A DNA stretch of 64,000 nucleotides, taken from Eledone cirrhosa (taxonomy: Eukaryota). Made by a program: the position numbers and the translations under genes. The notes under the pieces are model-generated. The model searched no databases. It had not been told where the DNA came from and saw nothing but the letters and a program-made list of their open reading frames with translations. How positions within the stretch are numbered: position 1 is the first letter of the stretch; every line of letters begins with the position of its first letter. The stretch lies in NCBI GenBank assembly GCA_964016885.1, contig OZ024742.1, positions 225,680,001 through 225,744,000 on the forward strand, written 5' to 3'. This document shows, in pieces, positions 13,733 through 28,230 of the stretch.

Positions 13733-13835
13733 CATATATATAGATACATATCATCATCATCATTTTACGTCCGCTTTTATATATATATGTAAATCAATTA
13801 AATAAAATATTGAACCTTGATTTTTTTTTACTTTT

Positions 13836-14475
13836 CATCATCATCATCATCATCATCATCTTCGTTTAATGTCCATCTTCCACGCTTAGCATGGGTTAGA
13901 CGGAAGTTGTCCCACTTGAGGCAAGGTTGGTCGGGTGACCGTGTCTCGCTCATATAGGACTATCTGGCAGGTTTTCTATGGCTGGATGCCCTTCCTAACA
14001 CCAACCACATTTACAGTGTGGAACTGGGAGGTTTTTACCGTGTTACCTACACAGCCACATTACAGCGTGGACTGTGTGTTTTTTTGTCGTGACACCTACA
14101 CGATCTCAATCTCATTTATTTGGACTGGATGTTGTGGTACCAACTTTACAGAGAGAGGGTTGTGTTGGTGGGAGTGGGAGGATAGGGTAGGGCTAGTGGA
14201 TTGGGGTGTATATTTGGTTAAGAGGTGCCTACTGACTGTAGGTTTTGCTTTGTACATAGGCAAGGTGGGTTTTCTGTATTACTGCGTAGTGCCAAAGATC
14301 TCGGTCTAGTGACATTGTCTTAGAGAGATGCAAGTGTGTAAGGTCGGAATTTATCAAATCGTCCTAGGTTTTTCTGGGTCTACCTACTCCGTAACTACCA
14401 TCAATTTTGATCGCCCTGCAATTTTTTATGCGCATTTCATGCACATCACGTGACCATACCAACGTAGTCTTCTCT
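13836..14475 (-). mobile_element. RTE LINE 3' end (ORF C-terminus plus 3' UTR)
   Basis: Colinear with 54061-54690 (gtgaccataccaacgtag, ggtctacctactcc, gatgcccttcctaacacc) and has a (cat)n tail. Confidence 0.88.
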
Positions 14476-15074
14476 ATATGTATATATAAGCTGTAGCACT
14501 AGAATAGCATGGTTCATAATAAGAGTGTATATAAAAGCATATACAATATTTTTATGTATAATAAACATATGAGAGTCTTGCTATGAATGTTTTAAGCTGT
14601 GATCATATCACACCTGTCTCAGAAGCTGGTGAGAATGCTAGATAGCTGTTTCTAATTGTTTATCTGTCATCAGTGACATTTACTCACTCACTACTGAGAG
14701 GAGGATTAACTAAAACCTATATGGTTTTTGTGTATGAAACACCAGCTGGAGATGTTCATTTGCATGTATTGTAAACCTGACTGGCTAGGATTAATTAACA
14801 GTAGTACTAACATAGCAGCAGTGATGGTGGTGATTGATTGAATTCATTCATTCCTTCCTCCTTCCTTCCATCAGGAGGTTTTGACAGAGACTAACAGAAC
14901 AGGGAGCATGAAATATGTACTGAGCTAAATATTTGTGATTTTTATTGAAGAATACACAAGTCAAGTAGTTAACCATTTCTAATCCTAAAAAGACATATTT
15001 CCCAGTTTGTCACAAGATATCTCCTAATTAGGGACTTATTGTCTTTATTGTTCTTCTTTTTCTTGTTTTATCAG

Positions 15075-15166
15075 TTAGTCAAGTGAATAGTGAAGAGATC
15101 AAACAGGTGGAAGAGTTGATAGAATACCTACAAAGTGAGATTGACAATAAGTCGAAACAACAGATG
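15075..15166 (+). CDS. RNF123: RNF123 internal coding exon (ISQVNSEEIKQVEELIEYLQSEIDNKSKQQM)
   Basis: ttatcag acceptor, gtaaac donor, phases 1/0. Resembles YISADELAQVEQMLAHL. Confidence 0.85.
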
Positions 15167-17740
15167 GTAAACTTACTATTTTATGTATATATATTTTTTG
15201 TTTCTTTCTTTCATTCAACAATAATTCAAACAAAGAAATATGTTTATTGTTTTTATTCACATAGATTTGAAAATAGAGAGAAAAGGAATTCGTAACTCAA
15301 CTATTTACTTGTAATATGTGACAAAACAATAAATTGTAAAATGGGGGGTGGGGGAGTGCTTATATTCGATGTCAATATTTTGCTGATTTTCACCAACTTC
15401 AAATTCTACGTAAATAAGGTGTTAAAATGTCTGGAGTCATTATTTCACAATGAAACACTGTTTTTCAACATTTATATCGTCATTGGTGTTATTCATGCAT
15501 TTACTTGAAAATATTTCCAACAAATGTTTATAATTTGAAGTTTTTAATACATAAATATCCCATACACATACATGCACGCACCCACATGTACATGTTTTCT
15601 CTGACTTAATAATACTTTTTCTTTCAATCTTACATAAGACTGAAATCTGATTTTATTTTTTTACTCTCTCTCTCTCTCTCTCACTTTTTGCTCTTGCTCT
15701 CTTTTTCTTGCTCTGCCTCTCTTGTCTCTAGCTTGCTGTCTCTCCCTCCCTCTCCAACTCTATGAATCCCTATACAAAGTTCTCTTATTCTGTCTCTTGC
15801 TTTCAAAATACTCCTAGTATGTGAGTGGCCAGAAGTAAACAAAAATTCGAGAAACTTGTTGAAACTCATTATGTAATGAAGTTGTGAAAAAAAACCTATA
15901 CTTTTAACAACACTTAAAAAACATTTTCAACATCAAAATATTAAAACTTCATAAATATATTTAGTATTCATGAGAATTTCAAAATCACGCTATCTAAACA
16001 TAATATGTTAATTAGCTGTCTCAGTTTACAAACAGGATTTGGATTTTTGCCATTTTCTAAGACATAAAATAGGGGGTTGGCTTATATTTGAGTATATACA
16101 TTAATTCAATGAACTTATTTCACTTAAAAATATATTGTATATAAAGTCACACCAGTAGATAAATCACACTTCCATTTTACATGCAACATTTACAATTTAC
16201 CATAAATTTTAAATAGGTTCAGTAAATAAATCTCACCTCCATTTTACATAGAACATTTACCATAATCACCATCAATCACTGTTTTATGTCTATTTTTCAT
16301 ACTTGTATAAATTAGACAGGTTGTCATGTTAAATAGCTCATATAACCATGTCTAGCTCAAACATTAAATTCTGCCTTTGTTTCTACGACTGGATGCCCTA
16401 CCTAACGCCAAGCACTTCACGGCATGTATTGGGTCTACTTTATCATAGCACCAACACTACCACCTGACAAGGGGTATTGGGTTCTTTTTATCATGGCACC
16501 AGTACTACTATCTTATAAAGTGGGCTAGCATACCTTTCATCCTTTCAGTGCTGATAAAATATGTGATAAGTCACTGAGTTGTAGATTGGTGTAATTGTCA
16601 AAGAGACAGATGGAATTTTTAATGGTATCTGTTCTGATTTTGTGCATTCTGTGTATAAATCCCACCTGTCTCCAGCAGAGAGTATCAGTAATGGAAAAAT
16701 TAATGGAAGCATTGGTTACGTGGTCCAAACTGATACTCACCACCTTTCCTTTCTTTTTCATCATCATCTCTTTTCTTTACTAGCAATGGCTGGACAAGTC
16801 ACCACAGATTGAGTTAGTACTCAAGTGAAGCTACTGAATTTTCAGATGGGCTGGGGGCTAGCATCTTGCTTACATATGTTCCTACACTCTACTGAGTATT
16901 CAGATGGGCCAGGGTCTCACATCATACTTACATATGTTCTTGCATTCTATTGAGTGCATTTTAACATGGCACCAAACTAAGGAAGTTGTGATTTTAACAC
17001 AGCTGAAGGGTGGTCTTGACCCTTTGGTAGGAAAGTTTTTAATGGCTAGATGGCCTTTCTATCATCAGCCACTTTGTGGCATGTGCTGGGTGCATTTATC
17101 ATGTAGATCACCAACATTAGGGAGGTTATCATGGTTTCGTGGCACCAGCCCTAGTTAGTCTCTCATTGATTTAACCCTTAAGCATTTACATTACTCTATA
17201 TTTCACATAATATCGAATCAATGAGATTTTGATATTATTTATTTTGAGAACAATACCTTAACATCAGTATGAGAAGTCGGTTACAGCCAGATTGAACAGG
17301 AAGAGGTGAGAGAATTCTGACCGGATAGGGCCGGTTTAAATGCTAAAAATTTAACCCTTGCTAGTAAGGAAAACAGGTGTTAAATGTCCAAGTCAAATTA
17401 TAGATATTCAAATTTTAACATTCTCACTGACTAGCATAGCATTATAACAGCATAACGTAAACAATTATTATTTCTACACTAATATTTCTTTTGAATATTA
17501 CTCTCTGATAAATATAGCAATGAGAAAAAAAAAGCATGAACAACTTATCTTCTGTCCCAGTCAAAGTGTATGTGTGTGATAAAATACTGTAGTATTGAAA
17601 ACGTTCAATCATTAACTGATTGAGCACTGAATACTGGTGGATAGAGTGTAGAAATTTATTTTCTAAATATGAAAGTGACAGTTACTTTGAAGTTTCAGCT
17701 TGGTCGTTTCATCTATATATTTGTATTCTTATATTTTCAG

Positions 17741-17826
17741 TCTTTAAAAGATGAAGACCTATGTGCTATTTGCTATGCAAACCCTATCTCTGTTATATTT
17801 GACCCTTGTGGTCACAAGTCATGTCG
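17741..17826 (+). CDS. RNF123: RNF123 exon encoding the first half of the RING finger ([29 protein letters not shown])
   Basis: ttttcag acceptor, gtaaga donor. Very close to [25 protein letters not shown] of RNF123. Confidence 0.93.
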
Positions 17827-17954
17827 GTAAGAAATTTATTAAATTCATTAAACTTTTTATTTAATCTTTAACAAATGTATAAATAATCATTTCAATAAAT
17901 TTTTAAATCTAAATTATTTATTGAAATATTACTATTATTCAAATATTTATTACT

Positions 17955-18495
17955 GTGATGTGTATGGATGATGATTTTTTGATGAAGAAGTGCCAGTTGA
18001 TGTAAATGGAAGGAAGCTACAGGAGAGAAAGACTTGAGAAAAAAGCCTGGCAGAGGTAGTAAGAGCTGATTTTGAAATGTTGAATGTCACAGAGGAGATG
18101 ACAAAGAAACATGTGGAGGCTTGTTGTGCTAGAAAGGACCTGTCCAACCCATACAAGCAGAGGAGAGCGAATGTATGTTGATAATAAAAACTGGGTATAA
18201 GAGGAATCAAATGTAGTGTACAGGAATGATTACTGCACTGGTACAGCAATGCAATGCATATGGATGATGATCATTGGGTGAAGAAGTGCCAGGAGATTGC
18301 CAGTGGAAGGAAGCTGTGGTAGAGAAAGACCAAGGAAGATTTAGGTAGAATTGGTGAGAGCTGATCTCAAAATGCTTAATCTCAGAGGAGATAATGAAGG
18401 AACACAAGTAAAGGCAAGTTGTACTAGAGACGACCCATCAAACCAATAAAAGAATTTTTTTTTAAATGGATGTAAAATGATGATGATGATGATGA
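17955..18495 (+). mobile_element. Two tandem decayed RTE 3' fragments in the last RNF123 intron
   Basis: Two repeats of atggatgatga...gtgaagaagtgcca...ggaaggaagct...aagac...agagctgat, ending in (gat)n. Confidence 0.6.
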
Positions 18496-18964
18496 TGCCT
18501 ACTAATCCTTTAGTTTGCAACTTCTTAGACGTTGAGTTTTATTTCATTCCTATTCCACCATCATCATCACCGTTTTACATGTTTTCTACGCTGGCATGGA
18601 AAACAGATGTTTGGATGGGTTATCATGGACCAAGATTAGACAGGTTGTTCTATATTCATATGTTCTATATTTGGAATGCATTCTATAGTTACATGCCATT
18701 CCTAATGCCAACCACTTTACAGAGTGTACTAGGTACATTTTATCATGGCACCAACACTACCAGTTTACACAATGTACTGGGTGGTTCATATCATGACACC
18801 AACACTACCACTTTATTAGGGTGCATTTTATCATGACACCAACACTACTGCTTTACATTTTATACCTGTTTACATAGTTATACCTCCACCTCACAACATA
18901 TACTTCACATAGCCATACTTCCATCTCACAGCATCATCATGTTGTATATATTTGTTATTTTCAG

Positions 18965-19109
18965 GAACTGTATAACCTACCAGATGATGAACAAGAAAGA
19001 GTGTTTTTACTGTATGACTCCAGTGACGTCAGTGCGTGATATTGAAAGTAATGCTGTCGATATAGCCACCACAACCACCACGTCAGCCAAGAACAATGGT
19101 AACAAATAG
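18965..19109 (+). CDS. RNF123: RNF123 terminal coding exon (NCITYQMMNKKECFYCMTPVTSVRDIESNAVDIATTTTTSAKNNGNK*)
   Basis: ttttcag acceptor; the phase-2 join completes the C3HC4 RING. TAG at 19107-19109 and AATAAA at 19142-19147. Confidence 0.92.
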
Positions 19110-20535
19110 TTACAGACTGACCATTCTCAACCATTGCTGTCAATAAATACCTTCGTTGTCAAACTAGCTAAAACCACTTCTCACTTTCAACAGAAATTTT
19201 TTTTTTTAGAAAAACTAAAGACATTGCATAATAATTTTTTTTTCTTTTGTTCTCAATATTTTTCAATCCTTTAATTAACATAAAAATAATGAAAAATATG
19301 GTTTTTCTAAAGAAATTAAAGAACATACATAAAAAAAAAAAAGTGAAATGAGAAAAACAACCATATATTTTTAACCGAAAATCTATGAATGATATTTGGT
19401 GGGAATAATATCAAAGATAGAATATTAAATTTTTTTTATCTTTGGCAAAAGAAATATTGGAGAGAAAACAAACCCTGAGAAAAAAAGTGAAGCTCAAAAT
19501 AAAGCACAAATTTATTATTTAACAAAGTTCTTTTGGATGATGATGATGATAATAATAATAATATGATATAACAACAATAATAATAAAAGCCCCCCCCCTC
19601 TCTCTCTCCCAATACACAGTCACAATTTTTATTTGCTTATAAGTAATAATTGTTTCTACTCTAGGCACAAGGCCAGCAATTACGCAGTACATTACTGGTA
19701 CTTTATTTTATCGACCCCGTAAGGATGAAAGACAAAGTTAACTTCGGCGGGATTTGAACTCAGTCTGTAAAGGGATGTAACTATGCTAGAAAGCATGGCG
19801 TCCAACCCTCTACAGATACTGCCAATTCACCGCCCTTATAAGTAATAATAATACGATGATAATAAACACAACCTGATGCATAACCAAAACTCCAGAACTT
19901 ACAAATATCTAGAACTTGTAAATAATAGCATTCCTAGATACTGCACACATATTATGATGAGTACTTCCAATACAATAGAAACAGCAATATTGCACGTAAT
20001 AGAGTAACAGTATTCACTAGAAATAAAACTAATCATGATAATAATAATAGATTCAATAACACAGCTCAAATAGAACAAACTTTACACATAACACACACCT
20101 TATACAATAATCACCCAATGTAATAAAACCACACAGTTCACACAACATATACTCTACAAGGTTAACACCTAATAAAATAACACAACACATACTCTACATT
20201 ATACACAACAGAACAAACAGTAAAATAACACCAGAAACAACAAGTTAACCCCATAACACAACACAACTGATACAGTACACTAAGGCATCTATACGTTCAC
20301 AATCGTCACAAAAATAAGAACACACAATGCTGCACACACACCTCAGGAACACATGTGCACCAGTTGATACAACAGAAACTTGCATGAAACAAACGAAGAT
20401 ATAATGGTTTCTAATTTAGCCACAAGGCTTGTACATGTAATACAATAAATATATACATAGTGTTACAATACATATGGAACTGCGCAAAGTTATTATAATG
20501 AATGTAGGAGCAAGAACATAATAAAACATAATTAA

Positions 20536-20744
20536 CCCTTTAGCATTTAAACCAGCTATATCTGGCCAGAGTTCTCTCACTTCTTTCTGTTCAAACCGGC
20601 TGCAACCAGCCGCTCATACTGATGCTGAGGTATTGTTCTCAAAATAAATAATATCAAAATCTCAGATTCGATATTATGTGAGGTAAAAAAGCCTTTACCA
20701 TGGGAATACAATAGTATATATACAGTAATGCAAATTCTAAAGGG
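20536..20744. mobile_element. piggyBac-type MITE, same family in opposite orientation
   Basis: TTAA|ccctttagcattt...ctaaaggg|TTAA; the interior is the reverse complement of 41288-41495. Confidence 0.8.
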
Positions 20745-21861
20745 TTAACACAAGATATAATATAAAACATGAAACATTTAGGAGGAATTTGTAGATTACT
20801 TGGAGCATTATGGTACAAAGAATTTGAAGTTTGAAAGCCACGACAATGTGAAATGGACAAATAAACAAATAATTAAGTCATAAGAAATGAGGGAGTGTTT
20901 TTATTTAATTTATTTATATGTCCTGATATTTTGAGATTAACATCTCTTCTTCCGAATTCTTGAAACATTTAGGTGTATCCACCCACACACAGAGGTGGAA
21001 ACCCACTAGTTAAGTTAAGTCAGATCACTCCACTTTACTTCCCACCATATATTATATACTTCCTAGTCATCACCAAAACCACTAAAAGTATTTCTTTTAT
21101 AACTCATGATAATAACAATAATAATATGTATGTTTCTGAATTCCATACACTCTTGATATACTCTAAAAAACAAAGAAAATTATTATAATAAATGGTTCAT
21201 TTGTCCTATTTAACCCAGCACCACCACCTGAACTCCACCTCTCAGCCAACAAAACAATGATTCCAGTATTAGCAAACATTAAATTTTAAATTATTTAATA
21301 AGGAATTTAAAAAAAGTCAGTCTTATAAACTAATTTAATTGGTTGTATACAAATATTCATCTTTGTTTTGAAAGTTTAAAAAATATGTTTATATATACAT
21401 TTATGTATGTGTATAAGTATGTATATAAATAGGGAACAGATTTCCTTTCAAACATGTTATATTGGAAACACAACTGTATACCAGTTTAATCATTTTTATT
21501 AAAGATTTTTTTATATTTTCTTCACGTTTAGTTTAGAAAAGTAGTGTTTGAAACATTAATAAACACATGGGTTTAGGAATACTACAGTTCCAAACTAAGC
21601 ATTAAGAACTAATAAGGAAATATGAAAAATCCTTGATAAATATAACCAAACTGGGAAGTAGTTGTGTTTTCAATATAACATATATACATACTTTCATATA
21701 TACTTGCATTCATATATAGTTACATTCTTAAATATACATTTATATAAGTATGCAAGCGTGGAAGATGGACATTAAACGATGATGATGATTATGATGATGA
21801 TTATATGTATACTTAGCTATATTTTTTTTTTTTTAATTGTGTTGAAAGTTTTTAAAATGTA

Positions 21862-23469
<1,608 letters not shown>

Positions 23470-23757
23470 TGTGTTGTTTCCTTGAGCAAGACACTTTATT
23501 TCACATTGCTCCAGTTTACTCAGCTGTAGAAATGAGATGATAGGACTGGGGTCCCTATCATTCCACTGTAAAGTGGACATGTAGGCGCCACGGCAAAAAA
23601 GCACTCGGCCCACACTGTAAAGTGGACGTGTAGGCGCCACGGAAAAAAAAGCACCCAGCACTCACTGTAAATGAGGTTGGTGTTAGGAAGGGCATCCAGC
23701 TGGAGAAATCAAGCCACCCTTGCAAGCAAGGAAAAGCAGACGTAAAATGATGATGAT
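23470..23757 (+). mobile_element. Headless copy of the same SINE, abutting the giant (TA)n tract
   Basis: Nearly identical to 57620-57887 but lacks the tRNA head. Confidence 0.82.
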
Positions 23758-23904
23758 TTATATATAACAAACTAGACAAATAGAATTTGTGATATCCCGT
23801 CGAATTTTCCACTCACTCAATGATTTTACAGAACCCATATTTCCCAAGTAAAAGTCTGTATATCAGAGTGCACACAATGAGTTAGTTAGTGGCAGAAACA
23901 GTGT

Positions 23905-23937
<33 letters not shown>

Positions 23938-26399
23938 GTAATATTGCCAGAATTAATAACAGAACACACTCACTGTTTGGTTGGTTTTCGCTTTTCGCTT
24001 CTGTGTCTTTTATATCGGTAATCTAATTTATTCGGTCCTCAATGTTGCCATTGACTGACCGGCGGTCAAAAATAATACAGATAGAATATAGACACAAACA
24101 CATATATATAGTTTATCAGAGTTCTTTCGTTGCACATCTGCAACATCGTCAGTGGTGCTATTGTTTCCTCCCATTGCATTGTATGTCTACGCCATTTTTA
24201 TTTAGTCTGTCTATATATTTATTTATTTGTTTGTTCGTTCATTTTATTTTGTCTTCTTTGCGCATGCGTTTGCGTGTGTGTATAGTGTTTTGTTTGATGT
24301 GTGTTCGTGATTGGGTGACTAGTGTGTTTATATGTGTTTGTTGTTATTGTGCTTGTGTATGTATTTATTTATTTATTTATTTATTTATTTATACTTCTCT
24401 TAGGTCAGTGTTGTTTGTTTGGGTGTTGTTGTTATTCCATTCATTCTTTCTGTTTAGTCTTGGCCTTCTAAGTTCTATTTCACTGGCAATATTACATAAA
24501 TATGACCCTCCCCAAGTATAACAATATTTGTTTCGACACACGATTTCATATAAAAAACCTCGCAAAACTAATTCATCGCCGTTATATATATATATATATG
24601 TCTACCCAATTTCACATTGACAGTGAAATTGGGTAGACAGAAACTGTTTGGAAGCTCACCTGATAGATTATACCGGTAATTCAAAGGTCGAGCTTTTCCA
24701 TATATTGTGTCATTCAGAATCTCCCTGAGAATTACATTAAGGGTTAAATGTCTGTGGAATACTCAGCCATATAATTCAGAGGTCAAGCTTTGCCATATAT
24801 TGAGTCATACTGAATCTCCCTGAGAATTACATGGAGGGCACACACAGCTGTGGAATACTCAGCGACATTAATTTAAAGAGCAGGCTTAGTTAAATGAATG
24901 CAGGCCTTGGTAGTGTAAAATTTGGGTAGCATCTCTATATTAACTATAATGATGAAATTGCTTTATAAACACCCCAGCTCAGTCAAACTTAAGCACTCAA
25001 GTAACATAAAAAATAATTTTTAAAATTTAATATTCATTTTTTAAAATATTTATTATTTTATGAAATTAATTCAGCAATTTTAATGTTTCCATATTTATAA
25101 ATTTTTCTTAGTTGAAATATTTTGATACTGGCCCAGCCAAAACTGGCTCTGGTTCTAAGAAAAAAAAATACCCCAATTTAAAGGGTTCCTATTCAAATTA
25201 AAATCTTCCAACATAATTTTATATAAAAACCATATGTTAAGTTATTATCTTAGTAATGAAATAAAAAATAAAAAATTAGTAAATCAGTCGAAATTCTTCA
25301 TTAATTAATTGAAATATAGTCACAAAAAGGTTAAAATATTAGAAAATTACATATTTTCCTTATTATATAATAGAAAAAAGTAGAATTATCTCATCATCTT
25401 GCATAGTTTGGACAAGGTTTTTTCCTGCCAGATGCCCTTTCTGATGCCAATATAGTAAAAAAAAAAATGAAAGAAAGAAGAAAGTGGAAAGTTTTAGACT
25501 TAATTTGTTGCACAGTTTAACCTGGCCCTTTGGGTGCCTTTAACAGAGTCCACTCTGTTACAAGCATTTGAGCTAGGTCTCCCACCAATCCCAAACCCAG
25601 AAAAGGTTCATGGGCACTGCCCTTCCCTCTCTGACTAAAACAGTTTTAAAAAATGTTTATATTGTCAAGTTGAACTCATTGCAACTTGTCCAGTTTATTG
25701 AAATAAAAAAAATAAAAAAAAATGACAAAAAAAAAAATATTCTTTTGTTACCAAATTTTGAATCTAAAATCAGTGAAAAGTTCTTTATATTCATTGATCT
25801 TCCTTTTCTAGTCAAAATAGTTACATGGTCTGTGATGTCTGGCATTATCAATTGATTGATTCAGCACCAAACATGATGCCTTTTTTAACTTGGATTTTAT
25901 TTCAGCATTTTCTACAACCAACCAAACCTTATGCTATTTATTTATCATCTTTATCATCAGAAACCAGTTTCTACTATCCAATTTGACAAATTGGAAGAGT
26001 CATTAGAGCATCAGATTAAATGTCTGTAGTAAGAGATCCATGCAACGTGACAGTCCTACTTCCACTTATGTGACATCACTGACCCTTATACTTCCGGCAA
26101 GGGCCCCCAGCTCCATGATGTCACTGACCCTTATACTCCCGGCAAGACCCCACCCCACAATGCCCCAATATTAGTCCTGGCTCTCTGCACTCTTGAGTTC
26201 AAATCCCATCAAGGTTAACTTTGTCTTTCATCCTTCTGTGATTGATAAAGTATCAGTCTAGGGAGCAATGAATTGGCAGAATTGTTGGAGAGTTGGATGA
26301 GATGCTTTGTTGTATCTGATCCTGCTCTGTGTGTTCTGGATTAAAATCCCACCTCCTTCTACTAGAAAAGCAGTGATGCCTCTACCAGAAGTTGAAACC

Positions 26400-26765
26400 A
26401 GAAAATAGTATCAACAATAGAAAGCCTAATGGAAACATAACATTGTTTCCTTGGTCTGATCTGGTGGTTGGGACTGTTCCCTTTCTAGCAGGGGCTGCAA
26501 CTGGCAGATAGTATCAACAATTGAAAGACTATTGGAAACATAACATTATTTCCTTGGTCTGATCTGGTGGTTGGGACTGTTCTTTTTCTAGCAGGGACTG
26601 CAACTGGCAGATAGTATCAACAATGGAAAGACTAATAGAAGCAGAGTTTTCTTGGTCCAGTCTGATAATCAGCTCTTTTCCCTTTCTGGCAGGAGTTGTG
26701 ACCGGCAGATACTGTCAACAATGGAAAGACCAATGGAAGCAGTTTCCATTGGTCTGATCTGATGA
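26400..26765. repeat. About 103-bp tandem repeat, 3.5 copies
   Basis: agtatcaacaat..gaaagactaatggaa...ttggtctgatctg...ttctagcagg...actggcagat recurs at about 26407, 26510, 26613 and 26712. Confidence 0.9.
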
Positions 26766-27168
26766 GCTCTTTTCCTTTCTTTTCTATTTCTTATTTCAAC
26801 ATTTTCTAAAAACAAACAACCAAACCTTATGCTATTTATTCAGTCACATTTATCATCAGAAACCTTTTTTTACTATCCTTTCTTTTATTTACAAAATTAC
26901 CTCTGTCTATTTTTTTACATTGTGATTTTTGCTACCATCCTGGAACATCATCGTTTTCTGTTCCTTTTCCTTCGCACATTTTTTCCTTGAAGGACAGAAA
27001 TATTTAAGCAATACTAAGTTATGGTGCATTACTTGAATTATTTTGTTTTTGTATTTGTTTTGCAAGATTCTTTATGTGAAACCATACATTGAAATATATT
27101 GTACTTTGGGTGGGTCATGTGCTGTCTATCAAAACACATGCACCAATTGTGTTTCATTTCAGTTTCAT

Positions 27169-27201
<33 letters not shown>

Positions 27202-27210
27202 TTATACATA

Positions 27211-27408
27211 TAAGTATATTTTGGTTTATGGAAAAGCTATTACAACATATATGAACTTTAATATAGTTAAATAAAATTGGTGATATAACCCCTTGAGACA
27301 GATGATTCTGCCTATTTTTTCCATCTCAAAGGGTTATATCCTCAATTTTATTGAACTATATTATAGTTAATAGTGTTGTCATAGCTTTTGCATAAAGCAA
27401 AACTTACT
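27211..27408. repeat. About 200-bp imperfect palindrome (fold-back MITE-like)
   Basis: aaaagctattacaaca...tatagttaaataaaattggtgatataaccccttgaga pairs with tctcaaagggttatatcctcaattttattgaactata...tgttgtcatagctttt. Confidence 0.85.
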
Positions 27409-27685
27409 CTTAAATTTCAATCTTACTGCATGCTCCTTAAGCCTTCTGTTGAGTATATATATATATATATAGACACTTCGTTTCTGTATTTGTTTTGAAA
27501 GGCCCTTGATGTGACATCATGTGTTGACAAAAACAAATAGTGTTGTAATTTGGTAGAGTCATGCTGCCAATTAAAACACATGCACAATCTCTATCTCCAT
27601 AAATATGAATATCAGTTTTAGAAAAAAAATCTCTTTGAAGAATTTCTTTCATAGATAAGGTTGCAAGATATATATATAATTATAT

Positions 27686-28005
27686 GAAGGCGCATGGCTT
27701 TGTGGTTAGAGCATTGGGCTTGCAATTGGGAGGTTGTGAGTTTGATTCTCGGACTGGGTGATGCGTTGTGTCCTTGAGCAAGACAATTTATTTTTCATGT
27801 TGCTCCAGTTTATTCAGCTGCGACGTCACTGGTTCCAAGCTGTATCGCCTTTTGACTTTCTCTTGGACAACAACGGTGGCGTAGAGAGGGGAGGCTGGTA
27901 TGTATGGGCGACTACTGGTCTTCCACAAACAACTTTGCTCAGACTTGTGCCTCGGAGGTGCAAATACCATGGTCATTCATTCACGACTAAAGAGGGTCTT
28001 TACTC
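27686..28005 (+). mobile_element. tRNA-derived SINE with the same head and centre but a different 3' tail
   Basis: ggcgcatggctttgtggttagagcattgg and ccttgagcaagac; tail aggtgcaaataccatggtcattcat. Related copies at 1675-1980 (-) and about 38466-38620 (+). Confidence 0.75.
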
Positions 28006-28113
28006 ATGTATATATATATATATATGATAAAATAAGTGGCAATATATATATCTGGGGTGAGCTTGTATGCATTTTCACTGGTGTTTCTGAGGTTTATTCT
28101 AAAGTGTTTATAG

Positions 28114-28230
28114 CAGTCATGGGCAAACTGCGGCCTGTTAGGCTTTCTGGATGGCTCACCTAATTTCAAAATTGCCTTGAATTCTTTTTAGTAGTGTGGC
28201 CCACTGCTTGAAAAGGGTTGCCTATGGCTG
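28114..28230. mobile_element. hAT-type MITE, 117 bp
   Basis: Imperfect TIRs cagtcatgggcaa / ttgcctatggctg and a perfect 8-bp TSD gtttatag (28106-28113 and 28231-28238). Confidence 0.88.

Noticed and set aside
24042-24521. 159-aa hydrophobic ORF
   Set aside because: Low-complexity T/G-rich sequence with TTTA and TG repeats, no recognisable motif and no splice support.
24599-24639. Perfect 17-bp-stem hairpin (tgtctacccaatttcac / gtgaaattgggtagaca)
   Set aside because: It is best explained as a short inversion at the edge of a SINE-like repeat. It is too small and isolated to call an RNA gene or terminator.
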